From the IMG/VR virus record IMGVR_UViG_3300009512_000012: 64,000 bases of DNA; one strand, 5' to 3'. The position numbers and the translations under genes were made by a program. This stretch comes from an uncultured virus (IMG/VR IMGVR_UViG_3300009512_000012). Taxonomy: Duplodnaviria; Heunggongvirae; Uroviricota; Caudoviricetes. Positions 1 through 9,852 of the stretch are shown in pieces (position 1 is the stretch's first letter; each line of letters begins with the position of its first letter). The notes beneath the pieces are model-generated. The model worked only from the letters and a program-made list of their open reading frames with translations. It ran no database searches and was not told where the DNA came from.

Positions 1-45
1 GTATTCTCCATTCGCCATTGGGAAATGCTTTTCTTAATTCATGTT

Positions 46-228
46 TCATTGTTGTTCCTCATACCTACTCCATGCCGGCATGAGAAAGAGTATTTTGTCA
101 TAGTTCTCATTGTGTTTTACATAGAGATGAAACATGTAGTCAAAAGTGTTTCCAGCAGACGCTAAATTGGTATTCTCGAACTTGTCAGTCCACATCTCAA
201 AGGTGTTTTCTTTTGTAATCTCTCGCAC
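46..228 (-). CDS. hypothetical protein
   Basis: 60 aa ORF co-oriented with neighbours; start uncertain. Confidence 0.4.
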   Translation of the reverse strand: MREITKENTFEMWTDKFENTNLASAGNTFDYMFHLYVKHNENYDKILFLMPAWSRYEEQQ

Positions 229-234
229 TTCCAG

Positions 235-882
235 CTATCGCCCAATACGAGCGTTTTCTTTGATGTATTCATAAATTGCTTTCTGTCCTTTCTCGTTCGG
301 GTGACCATCTGGGTCGTGTTGTGTCTTGATACCATTTCTATTTTCTGTACTATAACCCTTTTCCGATATCTTCCAAGAGTTTCCTTGAAAATGTTTTTTG
401 AGTTGTCGTTTCATATTGAAACCATTGAAATGTTCCAACAGAGGCCAACCATGGACGGGTATATCTGGCGTATCCCTTTCAATAAATTCTTTTGTAAGGG
501 TTAGTAGAATGTTGTTTTCTTTTTGAATATCTGTATGACCTGTGATATCTGTTCCTTGCATACTAAACAAATCAGGTCGTATTTTGTGAGAAGAGTACAT
601 ATAATTGACTGTTTTAAACATTTCGGAAACAGTATAATTCCATTTCGATGTTTGTTCTTCCATTTCCGAAGCTATTCCGTGGCGATGCCATTGTGTCCAT
701 AGAATAATGACTTTATCGTACTTCTCATGATGTTGAACGAACTGATTGTATATCCAATCGTTAGAACACCCACACAAAGCCTTTATATCGGCGTTTTCGA
801 AGTATTGTGGCCATGTCTTCCAATTGTAATACCAATAGTTCGGGTCAGTCCAACTATCGCCTATGCAGAGTATTTTTTCCAT
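235..882 (-). CDS. SGNH/GDSL hydrolase-like protein
   Basis: N-terminal ILCIGDSWT (GDS) and C-terminal DGHPN (DxHP) motifs. Confidence 0.65.
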   Translation of the reverse strand: MEKILCIGDSWTDPNYWYYNWKTWPQYFENADIKALCGCSNDWIYNQFVQHHEKYDKVIILWTQWHRHGIASEMEEQTSKWNYTVSEMFKTVNYMYSSHKIRPDLFSMQGTDITGHTDIQKENNILLTLTKEFIERDTPDIPVHGWPLLEHFNGFNMKRQLKKHFQGNSWKISEKGYSTENRNGIKTQHDPDGHPNEKGQKAIYEYIKENARIGR

Positions 883-1060
883 AATTCTAAATCTTTATAT
901 ACATTCGCATTCTTCAAAATCGAAGCCGCAGATATAACAATAATCCCATTCGAGTTCGTCCTCGTCTTCCATGTTTATTCTTTAATGACTAAGGGAAACT
1001 GTGTCCAACCAAATTTTGTCTTTAATATTTCTTGTAAGTAGGTATAAGTGTATTTCATTT

Positions 1061-1342
1061 TTATTCACCTCCTAATAGTGTGTTTGATTCATACCTGACA
1101 ACATAAGCACCTTGAGAAGTGTGTTTAATATTGTCCTCTTCTTTTCGTCCTTCTTTGTTGATACCAATTGTGTGTTTGATATCATCAACATATCCTATAT
1201 ATGTACCCCCACGAAGTTCTGCAAAGTATTTTGCCACTCGACTATTGTGGTGATAGGTATAAGAAATTTCTTTAGATGCCAAGAGCCTTTTCCATTTCTC
1301 TTTTATCCAATGGTAACTTATTACCTTCTTGAATATAATCAA
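1061..1342 (-). CDS. hypothetical protein (start probably shorter)
   Basis: Co-oriented ORF; 5' part overlaps the upstream gene. Confidence 0.4.
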   Translation of the reverse strand: MIIFKKVISYHWIKEKWKRLLASKEISYTYHHNSRVAKYFAELRGGTYIGYVDDIKHTIGINKEGRKEEDNIKHTSQGAYVVRYESNTLLGGE

Positions 1343-1484
1343 CTAGTTGTTCAAAGTAAAATGCTTCATTATGCATTTCTTCAGATTTTAAAACCTCTGA
1401 TGCCATTCTTAGAGACTTAACAGTATTCATGTCATTCATGCCACTGTCTAGTCCTTTACTAAATTTACCTGGTCGTTGATTCAT
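1272..1484 (-). CDS. hypothetical protein
   Basis: 70 aa ORF with GAGAGG SD, directly after the upstream stop. Confidence 0.6.
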   Translation of the reverse strand: MNQRPGKFSKGLDSGMNDMNTVKSLRMASEVLKSEEMHNEAFYFEQLVDYIQEGNKLPLDKREMEKALGI

Positions 1485-1486
1485 AA

Positions 1487-2002
1487 CTACCTCTCGTTTT
1501 TGTTAAATGTAATTGTCTTGAAGTAACCATCGTATTCAACGACCATAACTGTATGGGTGTATTGAACTTTTTGTACTTCGTTATATCTTGTCTCTTGAGA
1601 ACAAACTGTCTTCTTAGATGAATCAGATGTTTCGTTACCGATGTTTGAACCTATGATAACTCCAAGTACAGTTGCACCATCATTACCATTGCCTACTTTG
1701 TTACCAATAACTCCACCGATGATTGCACCAAGAAGAGAATCACCCTTTCCTTTAAGGGCCTCGTTTGTGCCAGAGAATATACTGCCAGATTGTACTTGCA
1801 CCTCTCTGCACACTTCGACTGAATAAGGTTGTTTTATGTTGACAACCTGATTCACATCTTCGATTGATATGATATTTGCTTTATCCATTTCACCTGCGTT
1901 TGCAATTCCAACGCCCATGTAGTAACCGACAAACCATGCCGATAGTATCATAATGGTATAAACAGAATACCATTTTAGTTTTTGTAATATATAATTTTTC
2001 AT
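1487..2002 (-). CDS. glycine-zipper 2TM exported protein
   Basis: Signal-like N-terminus; GAIIGGVIGNKVGNGNDGATVLGVIIGSNIG glycine zipper; AGAGGT SD. Confidence 0.75.
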   Translation of the reverse strand: MKNYILQKLKWYSVYTIMILSAWFVGYYMGVGIANAGEMDKANIISIEDVNQVVNIKQPYSVEVCREVQVQSGSIFSGTNEALKGKGDSLLGAIIGGVIGNKVGNGNDGATVLGVIIGSNIGNETSDSSKKTVCSQETRYNEVQKVQYTHTVMVVEYDGYFKTITFNKNER

Positions 2003-2023
2003 AATTATACCTCTCTGTTGTTG

Positions 2024-2281
2024 TTAATGTATAGTGGACATTTTTACGTAATCGTCATCACTTATATCGTATCCTAAACCAAGATTATCAAGTCCTGATA
2101 AGTCTACCAAACCTTCACAATTTTTGACAAGAATTTCATCTTTATCAAAAACTTTGATTGCTGAGAAAGCATAACTTTCTAGCATTTTGTTGATTGTGGA
2201 AACCGCATCTTTGTGAGAGCGAACGATAACAGATTCCCAAGAACGAGAATCATGTTGTTTGTAACATATTGTGTATTTCAT
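2024..2281 (-). CDS. hypothetical protein, probably leaderless early gene
   Basis: ATG at 2281 lies 6 nt after the -10 box of an early promoter. Confidence 0.6.
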   Translation of the reverse strand: MKYTICYKQHDSRSWESVIVRSHKDAVSTINKMLESYAFSAIKVFDKDEILVKNCEGLVDLSGLDNLGLGYDISDDDYVKMSTIH

Positions 2282-2287
2282 AATTAT

Positions 2288-2317
2288 AATATAACACACT
2301 TTTTGGTGTGTTGTCAA
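2288..2317 (-). promoter_or_regulatory. sigma70-type early promoter
   Basis: CCC-TTGACA-N18-TATATT on the minus strand. Confidence 0.7.
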
Positions 2318-2372
2318 GGGTTAAAAAGGCGTTATTTTAGTAGTGTTTTAGTGCGACAATCTGTCAGGCAGA

Positions 2373-2537
2373 TTAGAATCTGCCGGCAATTGGTAGTTTT
2401 TTATTCTTTTGATAATGTGCATATGCGGCTTGCCAGTTGGAGCCGTATTCTGCTTGACAAAATCCTCTTACACCGTCTTCGGTTGTATTGAAGAATGACT
2501 TTAGTACATAATTAATTTTTCTTGATAATTGTTTCAT
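2373..2537 (-). CDS. small hypothetical protein (54 aa, MKQLSRK...FCQAEYGSNWQAAY)
   Basis: Translated by hand; AAGGA SD; below the ORF-track cutoff. Confidence 0.55.
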   Translation of the reverse strand: MKQLSRKINYVLKSFFNTTEDGVRGFCQAEYGSNWQAAYAHYQKNKKLPIAGRF

Positions 2538-2545
2538 TTTTTTCC

Positions 2546-2716
2546 TTAATAGATGTTGTTAACATATTTCCATTTTGCAATTTCTTTTTGTCTAAGTTCT
2601 AAGTCATAGTGGTCAACTGATTGTGCAAGATATTTTTCTTCTCTTGCTTTGGCTGTTATTTGTTCATTTGAAAACAAACCCATGAATAAATGTGTGACTG
2701 CTGTAAATATATTCAT
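2546..2716 (-). CDS. small DUF3563-like protein (56 aa)
   Basis: EEKYLAQSVDHYDLELRQKE resembles the DUF3563 core; translated by hand. Confidence 0.55.
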   Translation of the reverse strand: MNIFTAVTHLFMGLFSNEQITAKAREEKYLAQSVDHYDLELRQKEIAKWKYVNNIY

Positions 2717-2932
2717 TATTTTACTCTCTTACTTTTATTTGCTGGAAGTATTGTACCTGCAAATTTAATTCGTAAAGGGTTAAAAGATGAATATTTGTAT
2801 TGTATTGTTTTTGACATTTCTTTTCTCCTCATTACAATTTATATTAATAAGGTGAAAAACTCAAGAGCTCTTTCGACATCATAGATGTGCAAAAAAAAGA
2901 CTGCATTTAAAACATGTTATGTATGCAAAAAC

Positions 2933-3009
2933 TGGCGGGAGCGAAGGGATTCGAACCCTCGGCCTCTTGCGTGACAGGCAAGCGTTCTAACCAACTGAAC
3001 TACGCCCCC
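2933..3009 (-). tRNA. tRNA-Asp(GTC)
   Basis: Cloverleaf GGGGGCG...CTTGC-CT-GTC-AC-GCAAG...GGTTCGAATCC...CGCTCCCGCCA with encoded CCA. Confidence 0.95.
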
Positions 3010-3019
3010 TAATTGAAGA

Positions 3020-3095
3020 TGGTGCCGTGTGCCGGAATCGAACTGGCCACCTGATGATTACAAATCAACTGCTCTACCGAATGAGCTAACACGGC
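3020..3095 (-). tRNA. tRNA-Thr(TGT)
   Basis: GCCGTGT...GTTGA-TT-TGT-AA-TCATC...GTTCGATTC...ACACGGCACCA. Confidence 0.93.
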
Positions 3096-3099
3096 ATAA

Positions 3100-3175
3100 T
3101 GGTGGAGGTAACAGGGTTCGAACCTGCGACCTCTTGAATGCAAATCAAGCGCTCTCCCAACTGAGCTATACCCCC
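3100..3175 (-). tRNA. tRNA-Ala(TGC)
   Basis: GGGGGTA/TACCTCC acceptor stem with G3:U70, anticodon TGC, encoded CCA. Confidence 0.95.
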
Positions 3176-3876
3176 ATTCGTATTAATGTATTATATATCT
3201 CAATTTGCTCTAAAACTTTTTTAGAATCTGTAGATATTTGGTCTTTCATCATTGCAATATTTTTTGGTAGACATTTTCCACCATAACCTGTGTGTCTATC
3301 TGGGCCAGGTACATCCCAATGGGTATTGCCCATTCGTGTATCTTGTTTCAAACAATGTTTTAATTCGTTAAATGACATACCCTCTTCTTGACAAGTATCG
3401 TAAAGCATGTTTGCATAAGATATTTTCATACAGTAAAAAGTATTGGTTGCATTCTTCATAAATGCAGCATAAACATTTTCTGTTAAATGCCATTCACTCC
3501 AACCTGTAAGTTCTACTAACATTTGTTTTTGGTCTACGTTACCACCAACAACTAATGTTGTAGGATTTAAAGCATCATGTTGCCATGTTCGTTCTGTTAA
3601 GAACTCTGGCCAAACTGCAAAGTCTGTATTTTTAACTAATGCAAATGGTATGGTACTTCTAACAAATACATATGGTTTGTTTTTTAATTCTTTTAGATAT
3701 TTTTCTACTTCGTTAGTTGGTGTGCATATGAAGACAACATCAGCATCTTTGTAATTACATTTTAAATCTTGTTCTGGGTCATGAACACCACATAACATAC
3801 GATTGTTATTATTAAATAAAATTTGTTCAGTTGCTTTACCAACAACACCGTATCCGATAATTGCTACTTTCATCAT
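3166..3876 (-). CDS. UDP-glucose/GDP-mannose dehydrogenase-like protein (short form)
   Basis: Rossmann GYGVVG, PEFL, and catalytic GYGGKCLPK motifs. Confidence 0.85.
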   Translation of the reverse strand: MMKVAIIGYGVVGKATEQILFNNNNRMLCGVHDPEQDLKCNYKDADVVFICTPTNEVEKYLKELKNKPYVFVRSTIPFALVKNTDFAVWPEFLTERTWQHDALNPTTLVVGGNVDQKQMLVELTGWSEWHLTENVYAAFMKNATNTFYCMKISYANMLYDTCQEEGMSFNELKHCLKQDTRMGNTHWDVPGPDRHTGYGGKCLPKNIAMMKDQISTDSKKVLEQIEIYNTLIRMGV

Positions 3877-4178
3877 TGTTTTTTAAACCCCACTATCTCA
3901 CATTTGTAATAGTCACCTGCAATTTCTAATGAATCTCCTACGTTAGTACTTCGACAAAATTCTGATGTGAAGTATTTCTTGACATCATTATTGTTCCACC
4001 AACCATCGTTAATACTGTTAGTCTGCATATATGCATATTCAAGTTGTTCTGATATGTTTTTACTCTTATCAACAAAGACCTCTGCGACTTTTTGTCTTCT
4101 CCCACTAGCCAGTCTATGATAGACGCTAACAGTGTCTTTTCTTGTCATTCGTTCAAGGTTTTGCAAAAGCTTTGTCAT
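3873..4178 (-). CDS. hypothetical protein, near-leaderless early gene
   Basis: 101 aa; ATG 8 nt after the -10 box. Confidence 0.65.
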   Translation of the reverse strand: MTKLLQNLERMTRKDTVSVYHRLASGRRQKVAEVFVDKSKNISEQLEYAYMQTNSINDGWWNNNDVKKYFTSEFCRSTNVGDSLEIAGDYYKCEIVGFKKQ

Positions 4179-4186
4179 AATATTAT

Positions 4187-4215
4187 AATATACTGTATTT
4201 TAGTCATATTGTCAA
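4187..4215 (-). promoter_or_regulatory. sigma70-type early promoter
   Basis: CCC-TTGACA-N17-TATATT. Confidence 0.75.
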
Positions 4216-4218
4216 GGG

Positions 4219-4848
4219 TTAATTCCACCAAGGTTTAGGATTTATTGTATATTCATGCCACCAACCTCTTAAAAGCATTGTGGTATAGTGTCCATTGAAT
4301 AGAATAACATCATGATTCGCATAATTTGCCATAGTTCGTATGGACGTATATCCGTCTGTGTATCGTTTTGGATTGTGTTCTTGATAGATATAGGAATCTA
4401 TACCCTTATGATATTTGACATAATAGTAGTCTAAATCGTCAACAACTTTTTGATAGATATGTGAGTAATCACCAGACCATGATACAATATCTGTACTGAT
4501 AGAATTGACAGCGTAACTCTCATCACTTTGCCACTGTCTACCATCACAAACATGTAATTCTTCTTTTAGAAATTTGTTACAATCACCTTTGATAATAACA
4601 TCTAAGTCAAATGCTAGATTAATCCAATCGTCTTCACGATACCTATCAAACATAATAAGATTATTAAATGTACCATATTCATCTTCAAATTTGTTTTCTT
4701 TGATGACTATAAATTCATCATACTCTATACCAGAGTATGTGTCTATCATGTGTTTGAGATTGTCTTCCCACCACTGGTCAAACTTGTCACCAGTTCGGGT
4801 ACAGATTATTCTTACCTTTTTTTTAGGTCTAATTGTGTTTGTATCCAT
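4219..4848 (-). CDS. glycosyltransferase-like protein (GT-A)
   Basis: ICTRTGDKF N-terminus and FDLDVII DxD motif typical of phage GT-like proteins. Confidence 0.6.
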   Translation of the reverse strand: MDTNTIRPKKKVRIICTRTGDKFDQWWEDNLKHMIDTYSGIEYDEFIVIKENKFEDEYGTFNNLIMFDRYREDDWINLAFDLDVIIKGDCNKFLKEELHVCDGRQWQSDESYAVNSISTDIVSWSGDYSHIYQKVVDDLDYYYVKYHKGIDSYIYQEHNPKRYTDGYTSIRTMANYANHDVILFNGHYTTMLLRGWWHEYTINPKPWWN

Positions 4849-5474
4849 TGTTTCGCTCTACCATTTTGTACTGGTTTCTTTAAAAGACCTCTAAGTCTTT
4901 TATAAACCGTTGTGAATACTTCTTCGTCAGCATCATTGTTATCTACAATAAGCATTCCTTGCTTAAAGAACAATGAAAATTTTCCTATATTGGCTTGTAC
5001 ACTTTTCCAAGATGACGCCACAAGATTTTCTGGTATACTTCTTTGTCGTGATGCGTTTCTTTCCAACGCAACATCAAGTGAAGTGTTTACAAATATCATA
5101 TAGGTATCATAACCTAGTTGTTGAAGTTCAGATGCTTGTTTTGTAATCTTGTTATAGTCTTTACCTGTGCCATCAATAACTAGGCCTAATCTTCCTTCAA
5201 TATAATTGGTTGTACGTGCCTTTGTCAAGGCCTTTGCTCTATCTCTTTGTTTATTTCTTGGACCCTTTTCGTTTTCAGGCATTTTAAGAGACAACCCTGC
5301 CTTTTTGAGAAGTCTCTCAAATGCATCATCTGAATTAACCATCTTGAGGCCTTGACCTCGAATAGTTTTTCCAGCAACATAAGACTTACCAGAGCCTGGG
5401 CCTCCAGCAAGGAATATTGCTTTAAATATGTTGGGGTCGTAAACGCCCTCTCGTAATTGCGATAAGGTAATCAT
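4812..5474 (-). CDS. P-loop kinase (AAA_33/zeta-toxin-like)
   Basis: FLAGGPGSGKS Walker A, VIDGTG Walker B, ALERNASR lid. Confidence 0.8.
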   Translation of the reverse strand: MITLSQLREGVYDPNIFKAIFLAGGPGSGKSYVAGKTIRGQGLKMVNSDDAFERLLKKAGLSLKMPENEKGPRNKQRDRAKALTKARTTNYIEGRLGLVIDGTGKDYNKITKQASELQQLGYDTYMIFVNTSLDVALERNASRQRSIPENLVASSWKSVQANIGKFSLFFKQGMLIVDNNDADEEVFTTVYKRLRGLLKKPVQNGRAKQWIQTQLDLKKR

Positions 5475-5642
5475 TTTTTGTTTTCTCTATAAACGTTTTA
5501 TCTTTGTCTTTGTATTTATCATCTGTTAGTCGGTGTGTATTTAAGAAAGTCATCTTACGTAATCTTTGTTTTTGTGATTTTGTCATGTTAAACTCCTTGA
5601 CTATTTTTCAGAATAATATAATGTGTTTATAGTGTTTTCTCC

Positions 5643-7031
5643 TTATGTAATTTCTAAAACTTGGTCGCCAGCACTTTTAGGTATAATATTAGGACCGTCT
5701 TCTTTACCTGTTGAAGAATCCTTAACAAGAGACAAAATAACTTCGTGCTTTCTGTCTGCTTGTCTAAATGTGTGTCTAAGTTTGGTTACTAAAAATCTTC
5801 CGTTGTATTCAGTATCTACACTACCATCTGAACCAGGTCTATTTAAATTAACTATTTGACCAACTTCTTGCATACAATGACCATTTACTTTCATTGTTGC
5901 ACCAATGGACGAATTTAATTCAAACATTTTTGACTTTCGATAAAGATTATTTTTTGGTGTGTTGTTTTCTGAATAAGTGTATGAAGAGGTATTGTAGTTG
6001 TAGAACGTAGCATCTCTACCTGCAATGTCCGTATGTACGGAGTGAAGGTATCTTTTAGAGTTTGTAAAACTACCAAGATTGTTGCCATTCTCATCTATCT
6101 CGCTCTCTGTATATATAGGATTATCTAGATTTCTAGCTTCTCCGTTAATATGTGTAAAGTCATTAAAGTTATTAAAATAACTATGATTAATTTGTTCATA
6201 TGTTTTTGTATAGGAATTATATTTAATGGTATTTGCACCAAGCATACCACCCATGACATTTAGTAATTGGTCTGCATCATTAGAAATATTAAAGTTAATT
6301 ACTCTGGCAAATTCTTCTTCAACATTAACAACTTTGGTTGTAGTACCTTCTAATAAACCAATATCACCATCATTATATTCCATAGAAACATCTTGGTCGT
6401 ATAAATTCTGTAATGTTCTAAAATTAAAACCTTTTGTTGTTTCATAAAAACAATAGTGAGGTGAACCATCATAAGCAGCAGAACGTGAATCACGCATCAA
6501 TTGAGCTATAAAATCAAATGGGTGTAAATTAGGTACAACATATTTACGTGAATCTAACGTTGGTTCAATAACTATTTTTTTCCTAACATCTAATAAAGTT
6601 TTATCCTTTAAAATTTTCTTTATGATGTTTGAGTTTGTATCTGTATAACTTTTTGATATTTTTAATCTTTTATTTAATAACATTTCTGATGAACAAAAAC
6701 TTAATTCAAAGACCTCTGAATTTTTTGATGTGTCAAATCTCTTACCAATTCTATAAACACAAAGAGCATTTTCCGTATAATCAATCTTAGCAAAGTTTTC
6801 AATGCCTGGTGTTGTGATTTTTAGTAGTAGATAATCTTGGCCATTGATTTGACCTTCAGTAAGTAAGTTGTTGGTATCAAATATTGTAATACTACCACTT
6901 AGAGCAAACTTATTTAATTCTTCAAAAATATCTATTTGAAATATACTATCTCGTAAATCTATAGATAACCCTTTTGAAGTTATTAAAGTTGCTTGTTGTA
7001 TATCATATTCGCCTGCATATTGTATAGTCAT
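5643..7031 (-). CDS. baseplate hub protein (gp27-like)
   Basis: Position after gp53; IDIFEE...SGSITIFD start and YNGRFLVTKLRHTF end typical of hub proteins. Confidence 0.6.
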   Translation of the reverse strand: MTIQYAGEYDIQQATLITSKGLSIDLRDSIFQIDIFEELNKFALSGSITIFDTNNLLTEGQINGQDYLLLKITTPGIENFAKIDYTENALCVYRIGKRFDTSKNSEVFELSFCSSEMLLNKRLKISKSYTDTNSNIIKKILKDKTLLDVRKKIVIEPTLDSRKYVVPNLHPFDFIAQLMRDSRSAAYDGSPHYCFYETTKGFNFRTLQNLYDQDVSMEYNDGDIGLLEGTTTKVVNVEEEFARVINFNISNDADQLLNVMGGMLGANTIKYNSYTKTYEQINHSYFNNFNDFTHINGEARNLDNPIYTESEIDENGNNLGSFTNSKRYLHSVHTDIAGRDATFYNYNTSSYTYSENNTPKNNLYRKSKMFELNSSIGATMKVNGHCMQEVGQIVNLNRPGSDGSVDTEYNGRFLVTKLRHTFRQADRKHEVILSLVKDSSTGKEDGPNIIPKSAGDQVLEIT

Positions 7032-7561
7032 TAGATAACATTCTCTCTTGTTAACCTCTTAAACTCTTCTACAAAATCTGTTATGTATGCTGGGTCTAAT
7101 AATCTAATTCTTCTTTTATTGTCTTGAAGTGTTTCTTCATATTCACGATTTGTTATTGGTGTTGCCGATGCATAATCTGTATTAACCGTACCAATATCTA
7201 TTTTTTTTGTGCCATGACCAGATTCCTCTGTAATTTCATAATGGTGAATTGCATCAATAGTTGAACCATATTTTTCATTTATATATTCGTTGAATTGATT
7301 GCCTGACATTGGCCAATCATGAAATCTATCAGTAACATTATTAAAAAGTAATACTACCCAATGTAAATTAACGTTACCATATAACTTATGTGCAATCATT
7401 TCAGGTGTCTCACCTTCAACAATATCATATGTATCATAGAGTGCTGTGTTAGATGCTATTTTTGTTCTGACAGCAACTCTTCTTAAAAGATTAGTTACAT
7501 CTTTTGTGGTACCATCACCAACAGAATCATATGGTATTATAGGAAAGTTTTCAAAATACAT
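7031..7561 (-). CDS. gp53: baseplate wedge subunit gp53
   Basis: MYFENFP, GETPEMIAHKLYG...HWVVLLFN, DWP, HHYE motifs. Confidence 0.9.
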   Translation of the reverse strand: MYFENFPIIPYDSVGDGTTKDVTNLLRRVAVRTKIASNTALYDTYDIVEGETPEMIAHKLYGNVNLHWVVLLFNNVTDRFHDWPMSGNQFNEYINEKYGSTIDAIHHYEITEESGHGTKKIDIGTVNTDYASATPITNREYEETLQDNKRRIRLLDPAYITDFVEEFKRLTRENVI

Positions 7562-7562
7562 T

Positions 7563-8780
7563 TTAGTAACCCTCAAATACTCTTTCTCTTGTAATGAGTT
7601 CTAGTTCTGCAAAGTTTAATGTGATTTGTGTTTCTACAGGTGGAGCTCCTTCAGCATTAGGTTCAAATGTTCTATATCTATCACCACCATAGGATACAGT
7701 AACGTTTTCACAAACACACGTTGAAACTTTTTGTAAGTATTGATTCTCTGCGCCATTATACATGTATTGTATATCAAATGTATTTGGTACAACCATTTTT
7801 CTACCTGCTCTATTACCACCAACAAACTCTGGTAACATATTTGAACGGAATGCAAATATTATATTTCTTATTTCATTTGCTTCTTGCAAATTTTTTGGAA
7901 TCATCTTAAAATTAAATTGAAACTTTCTTTTTGCTATGCCTTTGAATGCCAACTCCATTCTATCAGCAATGATAGCACCTGCAGCCATTTCTGCAGCTTC
8001 TCTTGCACCTTGAAACCCTGGTAATGCTCCAATTGTACCCATTAATGTTTTTATCAAACCTTCACTAACAGCTGAACCAGATGTATCTAAAAAGTTTTTC
8101 ATGGCTGATGTTGCAGATTTACCTGACATGATATCATTGTATGTGTTTACACCTAACTTAGCACCAAAACCAATTTCTTGGTCTGTGTAACTTGCATTGT
8201 CAACATACGTTGCAGTTGGTGGCATGTATAAAGCAATTGCAGTATCTAATCTTACAGTTGGTGCTCTTTCAATAAAAAGAGTGTTACCACCACCTCTTTG
8301 TTCGGCAGCACCTTGATTAACATACGATTGTGATTCTTGACCTGGAGCCGTGGATTTTACATTATCATTTTGTTGAGCGCCGTATAAATTTGATGCATCT
8401 TGTTTTGTATATGCACTTGATTGACCAGTTAAATTTTTTATGTAAGTAGGTATGTTAGATTCACTTTTTGATTTGTTTAAATCATTTTGAGATGTCTTAC
8501 CAACAGGACTACCAAAACCTAATTTTGCCTTTTCTTGTTTGTTAATGTAAAACATAACATAGTGACCTTGATTACCTGTGCCAGGAGCACCAGCAACATC
8601 TCTAGGAAATTGTAATATTTTTGTTGTACCTTGAGCAGTAGATTGCCCATTTAAACTTTGTCCAGCACCATTTGCCGAAAATGGTGTACTATTTGTAACT
8701 TTGGATGCAGCTGAGGTGCCTGAAAATGATTGAAATTGTTGAGTTGCTACTTTAACGTTGTCTAATATTTTTGAATTCAT
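7563..8780 (-). CDS. gp48: baseplate tail-tube cap gp48
   Basis: IALYMP, FKGIAKRKFQFNFKMIPKN, ITLNFAELE motifs. Confidence 0.85.
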   Translation of the reverse strand: MNSKILDNVKVATQQFQSFSGTSAASKVTNSTPFSANGAGQSLNGQSTAQGTTKILQFPRDVAGAPGTGNQGHYVMFYINKQEKAKLGFGSPVGKTSQNDLNKSKSESNIPTYIKNLTGQSSAYTKQDASNLYGAQQNDNVKSTAPGQESQSYVNQGAAEQRGGGNTLFIERAPTVRLDTAIALYMPPTATYVDNASYTDQEIGFGAKLGVNTYNDIMSGKSATSAMKNFLDTSGSAVSEGLIKTLMGTIGALPGFQGAREAAEMAAGAIIADRMELAFKGIAKRKFQFNFKMIPKNLQEANEIRNIIFAFRSNMLPEFVGGNRAGRKMVVPNTFDIQYMYNGAENQYLQKVSTCVCENVTVSYGGDRYRTFEPNAEGAPPVETQITLNFAELELITRERVFEGY

Positions 8781-8803
8781 CTAAATAGTCCTTGTATATA
8801 ATC

Positions 8804-8811
8804 TATTTATA
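8804..8811 (-). promoter_or_regulatory. T4-type late promoter TATAAATA for gp48
   Basis: Exact TATAAATA about 25 nt upstream of the start. Confidence 0.7.
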
Positions 8812-8830
8812 TGATAACATGGAGGCTAAT

Positions 8831-9280
8831 ATGGCATATAGTGGCAGATATAATCCAAGTAACCCAAATAAGTATAAAGGTAATCCCATGAAGATTATTT
8901 ATCGTTCTTTATGGGAAAAAAGACTTATGGTTTATTGTGACAAACAAAACAGTGTAATTGAATGGGGTAGTGAAGAGATTATTATACCATATTACTCACC
9001 TATGGATGGTCAAATGCATAGGTATTTTCCTGACTTCTATATGAAAGTCAAACAAAAAAATGGTACAACTAAAAAGTTTATTGTTGAAGTTAAACCTAAA
9101 AAAGACATGAAACCACCACCTGCAAATCCAAAAAGAAGAACAAAATCGTGGTTTAGACAAGTAAAAACGTATGCAGTAAATAAAGCAAAATTCAAGTATG
9201 CTGAGAACTTTTGTAAGGATAAAGGTTTAGAATTTTTAATACTTAACGAAGACCATCTCGCTCCTAAGGCATATAAATAA
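8831..9280 (+). CDS. gp4: head completion nuclease gp4
   Basis: KYKGNP..IIYRSLWE, WGSEE, HRYFPDF, EVKP motifs; GGAGG SD. Confidence 0.92.
   Translation: MAYSGRYNPSNPNKYKGNPMKIIYRSLWEKRLMVYCDKQNSVIEWGSEEIIIPYYSPMDGQMHRYFPDFYMKVKQKNGTTKKFIVEVKPKKDMKPPPANPKRRTKSWFRQVKTYAVNKAKFKYAENFCKDKGLEFLILNEDHLAPKAYK
9272..9279 (+). promoter_or_regulatory. T4-type late promoter TATAAATA for gp2
   Basis: Exact TATAAATA 16 nt upstream of the ATG. Confidence 0.7.
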
Positions 9281-9294
9281 AGGATAGGTACAAT

Positions 9295-9852
9295 ATGGCT
9301 GTCAGTAAATATATTCAACAAGTACAAAAAGCAGTAGGGGGTAGACCTCGTTCAACTGCATGGTACAGAGACAAAATTAAAGAGTTGGGTACACCTTCAT
9401 CTTTAGACTTAATTCGTGATGGTAAGAGAGCATCAAGACCTTTCTTTGGTCGTTTAAATATGTTTATCTATGACCCAAAGTTAAAAGCAAAACTACCATA
9501 TTACGATTCCTTTCCATTGGTATTACCAATAGAACAATACAAAGACGGATTTCTAGGATTAAATTTACATTACCTTCCTATGGGTCTTAGAGTAAGATTA
9601 TTAGATAGATTAGTTGACTTTGCAAACAATGATAACTTTGATGAAACAACTAAGTTAGTGGCTGATTATGCAAAATTAAAAAATGTGAGATTAATTAGAC
9701 CTTGTATAAAAAGATACTTATCAAGTAAAGTTAAATCTCAATTTAGAAGAATAGACGCAGACGAATTTACAATTGCCACATTGTTACCTGTCGCAAGGTT
9801 TAAGAAGGCAAGTGCTAATGAAGTTTATCGTGATTCAAGAAGGATGATTTAA
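9295..9852 (+). CDS. gp2: DNA end protector gp2
   Basis: YDPKLKAKLPYYDSFPLV...GLNLHYLP motif. Confidence 0.92.
   Translation: MAVSKYIQQVQKAVGGRPRSTAWYRDKIKELGTPSSLDLIRDGKRASRPFFGRLNMFIYDPKLKAKLPYYDSFPLVLPIEQYKDGFLGLNLHYLPMGLRVRLLDRLVDFANNDNFDETTKLVADYAKLKNVRLIRPCIKRYLSSKVKSQFRRIDADEFTIATLLPVARFKKASANEVYRDSRRMI

Noticed and set aside
3029..3286. 85 aa plus-strand ORF
   Set aside because: Antisense to tRNA-Thr, tRNA-Ala and the dehydrogenase; a shadow ORF.
4812..5474. Zeta toxin of a toxin-antitoxin pair
   Set aside because: The P-loop kinase fold is clear, but no recognisable epsilon antitoxin is present and the substrate cannot be inferred.
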